The notes: generated by a model not told the origin, from the letters alone. Counted from the first letter of the stretch, positions 7,794 to 14,992 are shown. The stretch is 43,875 nt of DNA from Spirochaetaceae bacterium (GCA_031269165.1 JAISZQ010000101.1:1-43875); one strand, 5' to 3'. A program made the numbers and translations.

Positions 7794-7908
7794 CAGTTGG
7801 GGGGAAGTCTCCCCCCTGCCTCCAGCCCGTACAAACCCCTTAATCCATTACGGGTTTGTACGGTCTTACGGCACCCCTCTCAGCGGGGGACTCCCCCGCA
7901 ACGCCCCC
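7794..7908 (-). repeat. Three-hairpin ~115-nt element, copy A (minus orientation)
   Basis: The reverse complement aligns almost base for base with 37345-37459. It contains hairpins GCGGGGG-N3-CCCCCGC, CCGTACAAACCC-loop-GGGTTTGTACGG and GGGGGGA-N4-TCCCCCC. Confidence 0.85.
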
Positions 7909-7950
7909 TTATCACGGTGACGACTGAATAGTTACCCACTTTCTCTCCTT

Positions 7951-9201
7951 CTAAAGAGAGTATACCAGATCCCCCCGGTCTTTGTCCACAAAGAAACGTA
8001 CCGTGCGCAACGTTTTGACAAAGGAGGCCACCGTCTCCGCCCCAAACACCGTGGAACTCCGCTCGAAGGGACAATCCTCGTCAAGCACATGGAGACCGGT
8101 TTCAAAGTCCACCCGTTCCGGCACGTCGATGATGACCGTTGCGCCGTATTGGGCGGAAATTTCCGCTTCGGCCTCCGCACGGCATTGCAGATCCTCCCGA
8201 TTCTCCCAATGGTGGTGTTTGGCCTCGTCAAAAGGCACTTCGCCCACACAGGTCCAGATCTTCCCGTCCCGCAACCCCCGTGCCGCGTCGAACAGGGCCT
8301 CGGATGAAGACGCACCCTTTCCCCGCCCCGCCGTCCTTCTCTTACGCAAAAGATCGAAAAGCCCGTTGTCGTCCAAATTATACAACTCCTCAGGCGACAA
8401 AAGCGCGTCGTGTAACGCGGAATGGAGCGTCTTCTTCATCACGGCGGTCGCGGCCCGCACCCCCTTATGCCAGTACACCGATCGGTACATCAAATATTTG
8501 GAAAAAAGCACCGATTCCACGCTCGAAATCGCCTTGGAATCGATGTCGACGCCGCGTTCCCGGCTTGGATGGAGGCGCGAAAGAATAAAATCCACGTCTT
8601 GAGTGCCGTAGGTAACCCCGGCAAAACGCGCGTCCCGGTTGAGATAGTCGAGTTTGTCAGGATCGAGGCAGCCGGAGAGCAGTTTCCGGTAAAAAAGCAC
8701 CTCCTTGTCGTCCGTTGCGCGCCCCGTATCGAGAATCGCCGCCGCCACCGCAGGATCGGCTCCGGCCTTCTCCACGAGGGAGGCTGTCGGGTCGGCTTCG
8801 ATGAGCCGCGCCCCCAACTGTTCGTGCCCGGTCAACGCGAGCTCTTTGAGCGAATGGGCGTAAGGAAAATGCCCGATGTCGTGGAGCAGTGCCGCGCAGA
8901 GAAACGAACGAATGCCCTGCGCCGTCACAAACGAGTCGGCCCCCCGCTCGCACAGTCCGGTGATGAGGCGGCGCGCGATATGGTAGACCCCGATCGAGTG
9001 GGCCGCCCGCGTGTGCGTCGCCCCCGGATAGACGAGGCTCGCGGGCCCCAGTTGGGCAATACGGTTGAGACGGCTAAACGCGGGCGTCCGCGTAACCGCC
9101 TCAAGCGCCGGCGTAAAATAAACGTGTCCCCACAGCGCGTCCCGGCACGGCTCGCTAAACCCCTCGAAAAGCGCGCTGTTCACCGATGCCTTTTTCAACA
9201 T
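7951..9201 (-). CDS. HD-domain phosphohydrolase, COG1078 / SAMHD1-like dNTP triphosphohydrolase family
   Basis: Conserved blocks are FSRLNRIAQLG, GATHTRAAHSIGVYHIARRL, LLHDIGHFPYAH and DPDKLDYLNRDA. ATG 9201 overlaps the TGA of the upstream small ORF (TGATG); a GTG at 9204 is an alternative start. Confidence 0.8.
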   Translation of the reverse strand: MLKKASVNSALFEGFSEPCRDALWGHVYFTPALEAVTRTPAFSRLNRIAQLGPASLVYPGATHTRAAHSIGVYHIARRLITGLCERGADSFVTAQGIRSFLCAALLHDIGHFPYAHSLKELALTGHEQLGARLIEADPTASLVEKAGADPAVAAAILDTGRATDDKEVLFYRKLLSGCLDPDKLDYLNRDARFAGVTYGTQDVDFILSRLHPSRERGVDIDSKAISSVESVLFSKYLMYRSVYWHKGVRAATAVMKKTLHSALHDALLSPEELYNLDDNGLFDLLRKRRTAGRGKGASSSEALFDAARGLRDGKIWTCVGEVPFDEAKHHHWENREDLQCRAEAEAEISAQYGATVIIDVPERVDFETGLHVLDEDCPFERSSTVFGAETVASFVKTLRTVRFFVDKDRGDLVYSL

Positions 9202-9410
9202 CACCAGTTAAGATACTTATAGTTCGTAACCACTTCCGGTTCAAGCGACGCAAGGGCTTCTTCATCTGATTTTGAAGCGTCTATCATTAACGTAGACCCC
9301 ATCATCCTTCTATATAGCGCATCCGTTATGTCATTTACCTTATGCTGTCCATACACTTGAGGCACTTTTATCGAAAGCAAGAGAATGACAACGACCGCCG
9401 TTTTGTTCAT
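9201..9410 (-). CDS. 69-aa exported small protein, unknown function
   Basis: Good RBS (AAGGAGAAATCTGA-ATG). Signal-like MNKTAVVVILLLSIKVPQVYG. The stop overlaps the HD-gene start. About 40% GC by hand count. Confidence 0.5.
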   Translation of the reverse strand: MNKTAVVVILLLSIKVPQVYGQHKVNDITDALYRRMMGSTLMIDASKSDEEALASLEPEVVTNYKYLNW

Positions 9411-9435
9411 TCAGATTTCTCCTTTAGTTACGAGA

Positions 9436-9467
9436 TATTGTTCCAAACCTCAGTTCGGAACAATATC
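9436..9467. repeat. TGTTCCAAAC...GTTCGGAACA hairpin (family 2, degenerate copy)
   Basis: TATTGTTCCAAA/TTCGGAACAATA stem with one mismatch, located between ssb and the small ORF. Confidence 0.7.
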
Positions 9468-9537
9468 ATTATACTTCTTGCTTTTGTTTGTGTCAAACAG
9501 CGGTACAAAACGGCAGGTTGAGACAGCCTCGTTTTTT

Positions 9538-9951
9538 CTAAAATCCGGGGATAGGCGCGTCCGCAAAAACCTGTGTTAAAACACGCTCGTCGTAAGCGGC
9601 CGCGCTTCCCGCTCCCTCCCGCTTTGCTTCAGGCCGGAATTCGAGATGTTCGGCAACTATACAAATATGAGATTTTGCTTTTCCCTCCGTGTTGGTCCAG
9701 CGGTCCTGCCTGAGTCTTCCGACAACACGCACGCCCCGGCCTTTGTGTCCGCACATTCTGCTTTTTTCGGCAAGTTTTGTCCACGACTCTACATCAAAAT
9801 AGCTCGTTTCCTTTTCCATGGTTCCTTCTTGTTTGTAGAAACGTTCGGTGGCGATGGAAAAGGTACAAAGCGCGATGCCCTTTGCCGTCATGCGAAAAAG
9901 CGGGTCCCGTACAAGACGGCCCTCGATCAAGATGGAGTTGAGATGATTCAT
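9538..9951 (-). CDS. ssb: Single-stranded DNA-binding protein
   Basis: OB-fold pattern NSILIEGRLVRDP...GIALCTFSIA...YFDVESW..GRGVRVVGRLRQDRW. RBS AGGGGGA. The C-terminal tip is ..DAPIPGF rather than DDDIPF. Confidence 0.8.
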   Translation of the reverse strand: MNHLNSILIEGRLVRDPLFRMTAKGIALCTFSIATERFYKQEGTMEKETSYFDVESWTKLAEKSRMCGHKGRGVRVVGRLRQDRWTNTEGKAKSHICIVAEHLEFRPEAKREGAGSAAAYDERVLTQVFADAPIPGF

Positions 9952-10162
9952 AAATCCCCCTAAAAAAATAAAAATTTCTTTTCCTACGGAAAAGACCGGG
10001 CGAAGACGGTTTTTGAGGAAACCAATACGTCAAGAGAAAACGTTGTCTATGGGAGGTTAAAACGTATGCGATAAAACGTCTGGTGCCGTAGATCCGTCTC
10101 CGCCCCGGTACCTATATATATGCGATTGAGTTGCCGTTTTGCTTTAATCGGAGGCCAGAAAA

Positions 10163-10215
10163 TCGTTAAAAAGTTCCTTTTTTTTTCAATTTTTTTCATT
10201 TTTTCAATTTTTTTC
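10163..10215. other. Phased T-tracts (T9-CAA-T7-CA-T6-CAA-T7), likely intrinsically curved DNA
   Basis: Read directly from the sequence. Tract spacing is about 9-12 bp. Confidence 0.6.
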
Positions 10216-10224
10216 AAAAAGTGC

Positions 10225-10266
10225 CTGTTCCAAAACCTCACGTTTTGGAACAGCCTCAGTTTTTTT
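10225..10266 (+). terminator. Family-2 hairpin CTGTTCCAAAAC-CTCAC-GTTTTGGAACAG followed 6 nt later by T7
   Basis: Perfect 12-bp stem, then CCTCAG and TTTTTTT. The complement also ends in a short T run, so it may act in both directions. Confidence 0.5.
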
Positions 10267-10488
10267 CTTCGTATCCACGGATACGACAGGCCGCCCTTGC
10301 CGCATAAGGCTGAGCGCGAACACGGCAACCACGATTCCCCTAAAACCATATGTCTTCTTCAGATCGCCTGTTCGTGTCTGCGCGGGGCCTTTGGCCGGGA
10401 ATATGCTATCTCCTTGAGGCTGCGGGCCAATGGTCGTTGGTTAAAATTCCTGAAATCAAGCCATTTTTTGGCGATTGAACCTAAATGA

Positions 10489-10680
10489 CGTTGCCCGCAT
10501 TCGGGAAACGCATTGGCGGTTGAGCGGGAGGAGGGCCGGGAGGAAGGCCGGGAAGAGGGTTGGGAGAAGAGCCGGGAAGAGATCGCGGAAAATGCCCTGA
10601 GAGAAGGGTCGTCTGTGGCGTTTATCCAAAAAATCACCGGGCTTTCGACCGAGACCATCCAAAGCCTCGCAAACCGGTAA
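10489..10680 (+). pseudogene. C-terminal remnant of an Rpn-family (PD-(D/E)XK, YhgA-like) recombination-promoting nuclease/transposase
   Basis: The frame reads ..EREEGREEGREEGWEKSREEIAENALREGSSVAFIQKITGLSTETIQSLANR*. This is the characteristic (E/Q)G-repeat plus helix-turn-helix-like tail of Rpn proteins. A stop lies immediately upstream at 10486, and no N-terminal nuclease domain is present. Confidence 0.55.
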
Positions 10681-10714
10681 CGTTCATTTTTTGAGAAGAA
10701 CGGATCGGAGGTAA

Positions 10715-11224
10715 TCATTGCGAAGGCGCGGCAACATAGTTGCCGTTAGCAATTTGCCGTTGGTGAAACAATCCAGCCGGGGAGGGCATTCACCCTGGAT
10801 TGCTTCGCTCGGCAATGTGCCGCCCGCTCGCAATGACGTGACTCGCTCGCAGTGACGGGGAGAGTTGTCATTGCGAGACGCAAAGCGGCGAAGCAATCCA
10901 GCCGGAGGAGGGCTTCACCCTGGATTGCTTCGCTCCGCTCGCAATGACGCGGCTCGCTCGCAATGACGTGGCCCGCTCGCAGTGACGGGGAGAGTTGTCA
11001 TTGCGAGCCGCGAAGCGGCGAAGCAATCCAGCCGGAGGAGGGCTTCACCTTGGATTGCTTCGCTCCGCTCGCAATGACGTGACTCGCTCGCAGTGACGGG
11101 GAGAGTTGTCATTGCGAGCCGCGAAGCAATCCGGCCGGGGGAGGGCATTCACCCTGGATTGCTTCGCTCCGCTCGCAATGACGTGGCTCGCTCGCAACGA
11201 TGCGGCTTGCTCGCAATGACGGGC
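10715..11224. repeat. Tandem array (about 4 units of ~115-125 bp) of REP-like palindromic elements (family 1)
   Basis: The unit is GTCATTGCGAG..GAAGCAATCCAG-N15-20-CTGGATTGCTTCGC..CTCGCAATGAC, with extra CTCGCA(A/G)TGAC half-sites. Confidence 0.9.
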
Positions 11225-11363
11225 GGATTAAATCCTTAAGTTGTTGACAGGGGAAGGCGTGGCAACTTGCCAATGCAAATTGCCGATTCCCCCTTTTGCG
11301 GGGTTTTGGAACAGCCTCACCTTAAAAAAACGCAAAAAATCGTCAAAAACTGAAAAATTTTTC

Positions 11364-11392
11364 TTGACAAGCGGGAAAAGTCGGTAGATACT
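11364..11392 (+). promoter_or_regulatory. Sigma70-like promoter TTGACA-17-GATACT preceded by an A-rich tract
   Basis: -35 at 11364-11369 and -10 at 11387-11392. The predicted TSS falls just before the RAT. Confidence 0.5.
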
Positions 11393-11401
11393 ATAGAGAG
11401 A

Positions 11402-11435
11402 GGATTGTTACCGGCGCAATACCGGGCATTACCTG
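11402..11435 (+). promoter_or_regulatory. RAT (ribonucleic antiterminator) target of BglG/LicT-type antiterminators
   Basis: GGATTGTTACCGGCGCAATACCGGGCATTACCTG compared with E. coli bgl GGATTGTTACCGCACTAAGCGGGCAAAACCTG. Both the conserved arms and the internal stem CCGG/CCGG are present. Confidence 0.8.
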
Positions 11436-11466
11436 TTTCAGGGTACGGACAGAATAGGTAGTGGGG

Positions 11467-12321
11467 ATGACGAATATCCATAAATGTAACAACAATATCA
11501 TTTTCGCGGAGGACAAGGGCCAGCAGGTGATTGCGCTGGGCAAGGGACTGGGGTTTAGTCTCAAGCCGGGCGACGAGGTGGACATGAGCCTCGTGGAAAA
11601 GGTCTTTGTGCCGCAGGAGGCCCTTCAGCTTGGCCGCTTTCAGGATATTCTCGCCGACCTGCCCTATGAGCACGTCATTCTGGCCAGCAAGATTGTCGAT
11701 TTGGGACGGGCGCGGCTGGGTCAGGCGCTCAATCAGAGCATTGTCATCGCGCTTGCCGACCACTTAAGTTTCGCCATCAAGCGTCAGCACGACCATCTCG
11801 ATATTCAGATGCCGCTGATTTGGGACATCAAGCATATCTATCCCGCTGAGTTTGCGGTGGGCGAAGAGGCGTTGGGCGTGATTAAGGCGGAGACGGGGAT
11901 CGACTTTCCCCGCGCCGAGGCTGCGGCGATCACGCTCCACTTCATCAACGCGGAATCCGATCTGGCGGATATGCCCAACACGATCAAAATGTCGAACATC
12001 ATCCAGCAGTCGGTGAGGATCATCGAGGCGCACTACAAGACGTCGTTTGACGAGAGTTCCCTCGATTTCAGCGGGCTGATCGCGCTGCTCCGCAACACGG
12101 TGATGCGCTTTATCTATCCCGACCGGGAAAAACAGATCGAAGAAGACACGGTGCTTTACCAGTTGTTGCGAAAACGCTACGCGCACTCGTTTACCTGTGC
12201 CGAAAAGGTGGCCTCTTTTATCGAGCGGGAGTATGACTTTAGGCTTTCAGGGAACGACGTGTCGTTCTTGACCCTCTTCATTGACCGGATTACGGCAGGA
12301 AGCGGTTCCGATAAGGGGTGA
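11467..12321 (+). CDS. licT: BglG/LicT/SacY-family PRD-containing transcription antiterminator
   Basis: MTNIHKCNNNIIFAEDKGQQVIALGKGLGF..GDEVD...VEKVF matches the CAT domain. Two PRD-like halves follow. A GTG at 11461 is an alternative start. Confidence 0.85.
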   Translation: MTNIHKCNNNIIFAEDKGQQVIALGKGLGFSLKPGDEVDMSLVEKVFVPQEALQLGRFQDILADLPYEHVILASKIVDLGRARLGQALNQSIVIALADHLSFAIKRQHDHLDIQMPLIWDIKHIYPAEFAVGEEALGVIKAETGIDFPRAEAAAITLHFINAESDLADMPNTIKMSNIIQQSVRIIEAHYKTSFDESSLDFSGLIALLRNTVMRFIYPDREKQIEEDTVLYQLLRKRYAHSFTCAEKVASFIEREYDFRLSGNDVSFLTLFIDRITAGSGSDKG

Positions 12322-12333
12322 ACCCCCAGGGGG

Positions 12334-12545
12334 CCCCGCAGGGGCTTCCCTTGGGCTCGTTGTGATGAGAACGGGCAAGGGTGTCCCCCTACGGGGGAGT
12401 GAACGCGGTGGGCGGCCCGCAGGGGCTTTCCTTGGGCGCGTTGTGATGAGAACGGGTGTCGGCGTCCCCCTACGGGGGAGTGAACGCGGTGGGCGGCCCG
12501 CAGGGGCTTTTCTTAGGCGCGGCGTATTGAGAACGGGTGTCGGGA
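12334..12545. repeat. About 2.7 tandem copies of an ~81-bp GC-rich unit
   Basis: The unit GGCCCGCAGGGGCTTTCCTTGGGCGCGTTGTGATGAGAACGGGTGTCGGCGTCCCCCTACGGGGGAGTGAACGCGGTGGGC repeats at about 12334, 12414 and 12495. A single related unit lies at 16953-17020. Confidence 0.85.
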
Positions 12546-12775
12546 TTGTCATAGCGGGGCGCGAAGCAAAACGGAGTCGTCATTGCGAGGCGCGAAGCAA
12601 CGAAGCAATCGGACGCGCGTTGCGTGAATGGAAAATGAGAAGGCGGCAACAGAGTTGCTGTGAGCGGCGAAGGCCCACCGGGGTCTTCCGCGGGCTCAAG
12701 GCGTGTTGGGTAAGAGCGCGGGTTTCCCATTAGGGGCGTGCGACGCGCCCAAGGGCCCACCGCAGGTGCGGAAAC

Positions 12776-12857
12776 GGGGGCGTTGCGGGGGTGTCCCCCG
12801 CAGAGGGGGTAGCGTAAGACGCGAAGCGGCTGGAGCGAGGGGGAGACTTCCCCCCAC
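12776..12857 (+). repeat. Variant of the three-hairpin element (copy B; middle hairpin replaced)
   Basis: It shares GGGGGCGTTGCGGGGGTGTCCCCCGC..GAGGGGG and GGGGGAGACTTCCCCCC with copies A and C. The central part resembles 20385-20420 instead. Confidence 0.7.
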
Positions 12858-13020
12858 TCCTCCTTCTTTGGCTTGCTCTCCCCCGAAGGGGGGTGCCGAG
12901 GGTCGTTCACGGTGCGATGCGCCCAAGGAAAGGGCCTGAGGCCCCGTAGGGGCATGGTGTTTGGTAATCTACGGACCGGGGAACCGGGACGTAAATATAA
13001 ATTTTTATAGGAGATAGAAA

Positions 13021-14973
13021 ATGGCAAAGGATTTTGGAAAGACGGCCCAGGGCGTATTGGACGGCGTGGGCGGCAAAGAGAACGTGAGGAGTGTTGTGCA
13101 CTGCGCGACGCGCCTCCGGTTCACGCTGGTTGACAACGCGAGGGCAAACGACGACGCGGTGAAGGGAACTGCGGGCGTGGTGAGTGTGGTCAAGGCGGGC
13201 GGCTTGTACCAGGTGGTCATCGGGAACGATGTGCACGAGGTCTTCGAGGAGCTTGAGAAGCTGGGCCTTCCAACCAGTGGCGGAGGAGAAGGGGGCGGGG
13301 GGGGGGGTCTGCCGGAAAAGCAATCCCTCGGCAATATGCTGATTGGGACGATTTCCGGCGTGTTTACCCCGATTCTTCCGGCAATGATGGGTATGGGTCT
13401 TCTCAAGGGGCTTATCGCCATCTTGCAGATGATCTTTCCCGGCTGGGCGGCTTCCGGCGACACGTCCTACACGGTGCTTTACGCCGCCGCCGATGCGCTC
13501 ATGTACTTCCTGCCTATTCTGATCGCCTATACTTCGGCGCAAAAGTTCAAACTCGACCCGCTTCTCGGTATGACGATTGGCGCGGCGCTGGTTTATCCGA
13601 CTATCGTTGAGCTTTATCCTTTCGGTCCCTGGGGCTTAAACAAATTCTTCGGCGCGGACATTTTGGTCATGATGCGCTACTCAGGCACGGTACTGCCCTC
13701 GATTTTCGCGGTCTACGGCGCGTCCAAGTTGTACCAGTACTTCCGAAAAACAATCCCGTCGGCGGTAAAGAACTTCCTCGCGCCCTTCTTTACGCTGATC
13801 ATAACCGTTCCCTTGATGTTTCTTATCATCGGGCCGGTGTTCGGCGTGGTGGGACTGGGGCTTCAACGCGCCATCGGATCAATCGTCGAACTGCGCTTTA
13901 TCGGACCGATTCTCCTGGGGCTTATCATAGGCGGCTTCTGGCAGGTGCTGGTCGTCTTTGGTCTCCACTGGGCGGTCGTCCCTATAGCAATGCAGGAAAT
14001 GGGAACGCCGAATCCGCTCTGGGGCAATGCCAACGTTTCGGTCATATTCTCCTATACGCAGATTGCGGTTATCGCGCAGCTTGGCGCGGTGCTCGCTATG
14101 GCGGTCAAAATGAAGAATGCCGAACGGAAGTCGGCGGCGGTTTCTGCGGGTATCGCCGGCATATTCGGGATTACCGAGCCAATCATCTACGGCTTTACGC
14201 TGCCCAAGAAGAGGCCGTTCTTTACCGCTTGTTTCTGCGGGGCGGGCGCGGGCGCGCTGGCGGCTTTCGCGGGCAATATCCTCGTGTCTGACGGACGGGG
14301 CATTGCCTCCGGTATGGGCGGCATGGGGCTCTTCGCGTATCCGGCTTACTTGATCCCGAACTTTCCCCAGGCCGGGGCAAACCTGGTTATCGCGCTTGTC
14401 GCGAGTGTGCTTTCGGCCGGGGCAGCCTTTGTCCTTGTCTACCTCACCTACAAACCGGACGAGGCGGAAATGAAGGTGACGGAAGAAGTCGTCATCGACA
14501 CGTCCAAAGTGAACACCGCCAAAGCGAAAAAGATTTTCGCCCCGGTGAAAGGGCGCGTTCTCCCCATCACCCAGTCAGCCGATCCCGCCCACCAGCAGGA
14601 AGCGGTCGGGAAGGGCGTGTGCTTCATGCCGCTGGGCGGAAAGATTTTCGCGCCGTGCGACGGGACGGTCGAGATGGTCTTCGACACAAAGCACGCGATC
14701 AACATCAAGTCCCCCGACGGTGTGGAAGTGTTGATCCACTGCGGCATCGACACGGTGAAGCTGGGCGGCAAGGGCTTTACGACTCACGTGAAAGACGACG
14801 ACCCGGTCAAGGCGGGCCAGTTGATCCTCGAATACAACAAAGACGTGATCGCGCGCTCCGGTTTCAGCCTCGAAACGCAGGTCGTCATCACCAACACAGG
14901 CGACTACAAGGCCATCACCCAAGCGAAAGCCGGGGATTGCAACGTGGGCGATTTGATTCTCTACGTGGAGTAG
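13021..14973 (+). CDS. bglF: PTS beta-glucoside-family transporter, fused EIIB-EIIC-EIIA
   Basis: EIIB domain VVHCATRLRF, a polytopic EIIC domain, and a C-terminal EIIA(Glc) domain ..DTKHAINIKSPDGVEVLIHCGIDTVKLGG. Confidence 0.9.
   Translation: MAKDFGKTAQGVLDGVGGKENVRSVVHCATRLRFTLVDNARANDDAVKGTAGVVSVVKAGGLYQVVIGNDVHEVFEELEKLGLPTSGGGEGGGGGGLPEKQSLGNMLIGTISGVFTPILPAMMGMGLLKGLIAILQMIFPGWAASGDTSYTVLYAAADALMYFLPILIAYTSAQKFKLDPLLGMTIGAALVYPTIVELYPFGPWGLNKFFGADILVMMRYSGTVLPSIFAVYGASKLYQYFRKTIPSAVKNFLAPFFTLIITVPLMFLIIGPVFGVVGLGLQRAIGSIVELRFIGPILLGLIIGGFWQVLVVFGLHWAVVPIAMQEMGTPNPLWGNANVSVIFSYTQIAVIAQLGAVLAMAVKMKNAERKSAAVSAGIAGIFGITEPIIYGFTLPKKRPFFTACFCGAGAGALAAFAGNILVSDGRGIASGMGGMGLFAYPAYLIPNFPQAGANLVIALVASVLSAGAAFVLVYLTYKPDEAEMKVTEEVVIDTSKVNTAKAKKIFAPVKGRVLPITQSADPAHQQEAVGKGVCFMPLGGKIFAPCDGTVEMVFDTKHAINIKSPDGVEVLIHCGIDTVKLGGKGFTTHVKDDDPVKAGQLILEYNKDVIARSGFSLETQVVITNTGDYKAITQAKAGDCNVGDLILYVE
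13297..13307 (+). repeat. G11 homopolymer inside the bglF coding sequence (EIIB-EIIC linker)
   Basis: Counted directly. It is preceded by GGGGGC and encodes part of GGGEGGGGGGL. Confidence 0.95.
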
Positions 14974-14992
14974 ATAAGGGATAAGCGTCCCC

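Noticed and set aside
10047-10488. ORFs 10047-10349 (minus) and 10120-10488 (plus) in the gene-free stretch.
   Set aside because: They are read through homopolymer T/A tracts and a palindromic terminator, giving low-complexity FFIF/KKIEK peptides. There is no RBS and no family resemblance.
10915-11148. ORFs translated from the repeats (10915-11148, 10684-10896, 12247-12552, 12470-13027, 16845-17195, 16970-17224, 24361-24585).
   Set aside because: They consist of the palindromic repeat units read in one frame (..RHCERSEAIQ.., ..LAMTTLPVTAS.., ..RNDG..). They have no RBS, and the same DNA repeats in both orientations.
10715-11224. Possible CRISPR array. The tandem repeats at 12334-12545 were considered for the same reason.
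   Set aside because: The periods are about 120 bp and about 81 bp, with no unique spacers between units. The units are long nested palindromes. No cas genes lie in the window.
9960-11460. Search for tRNA, tmRNA, RNase P RNA, SRP RNA or rRNA in this and the other long non-coding stretches.
   Set aside because: I saw no GGTTCGAAT-type T-arm with a matching acceptor stem, no GAGGAAAGTCC (RNase P), no SRP domain IV motif and no rRNA signatures. Absence by eye is not proof, so an Infernal scan would settle it.
12543-12574. Possible second RAT ahead of bglF (GGATTGTCATAGCGGGGCGCGAAGCAAAACGG).
   Set aside because: It shares GGATTGT and GCAAAAC with the RAT consensus. However, the internal stem does not form, and the sequence is better explained as a degenerate GTCATTGCGAG family-1 half-site. 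I left it as unresolved rather than as a feature.
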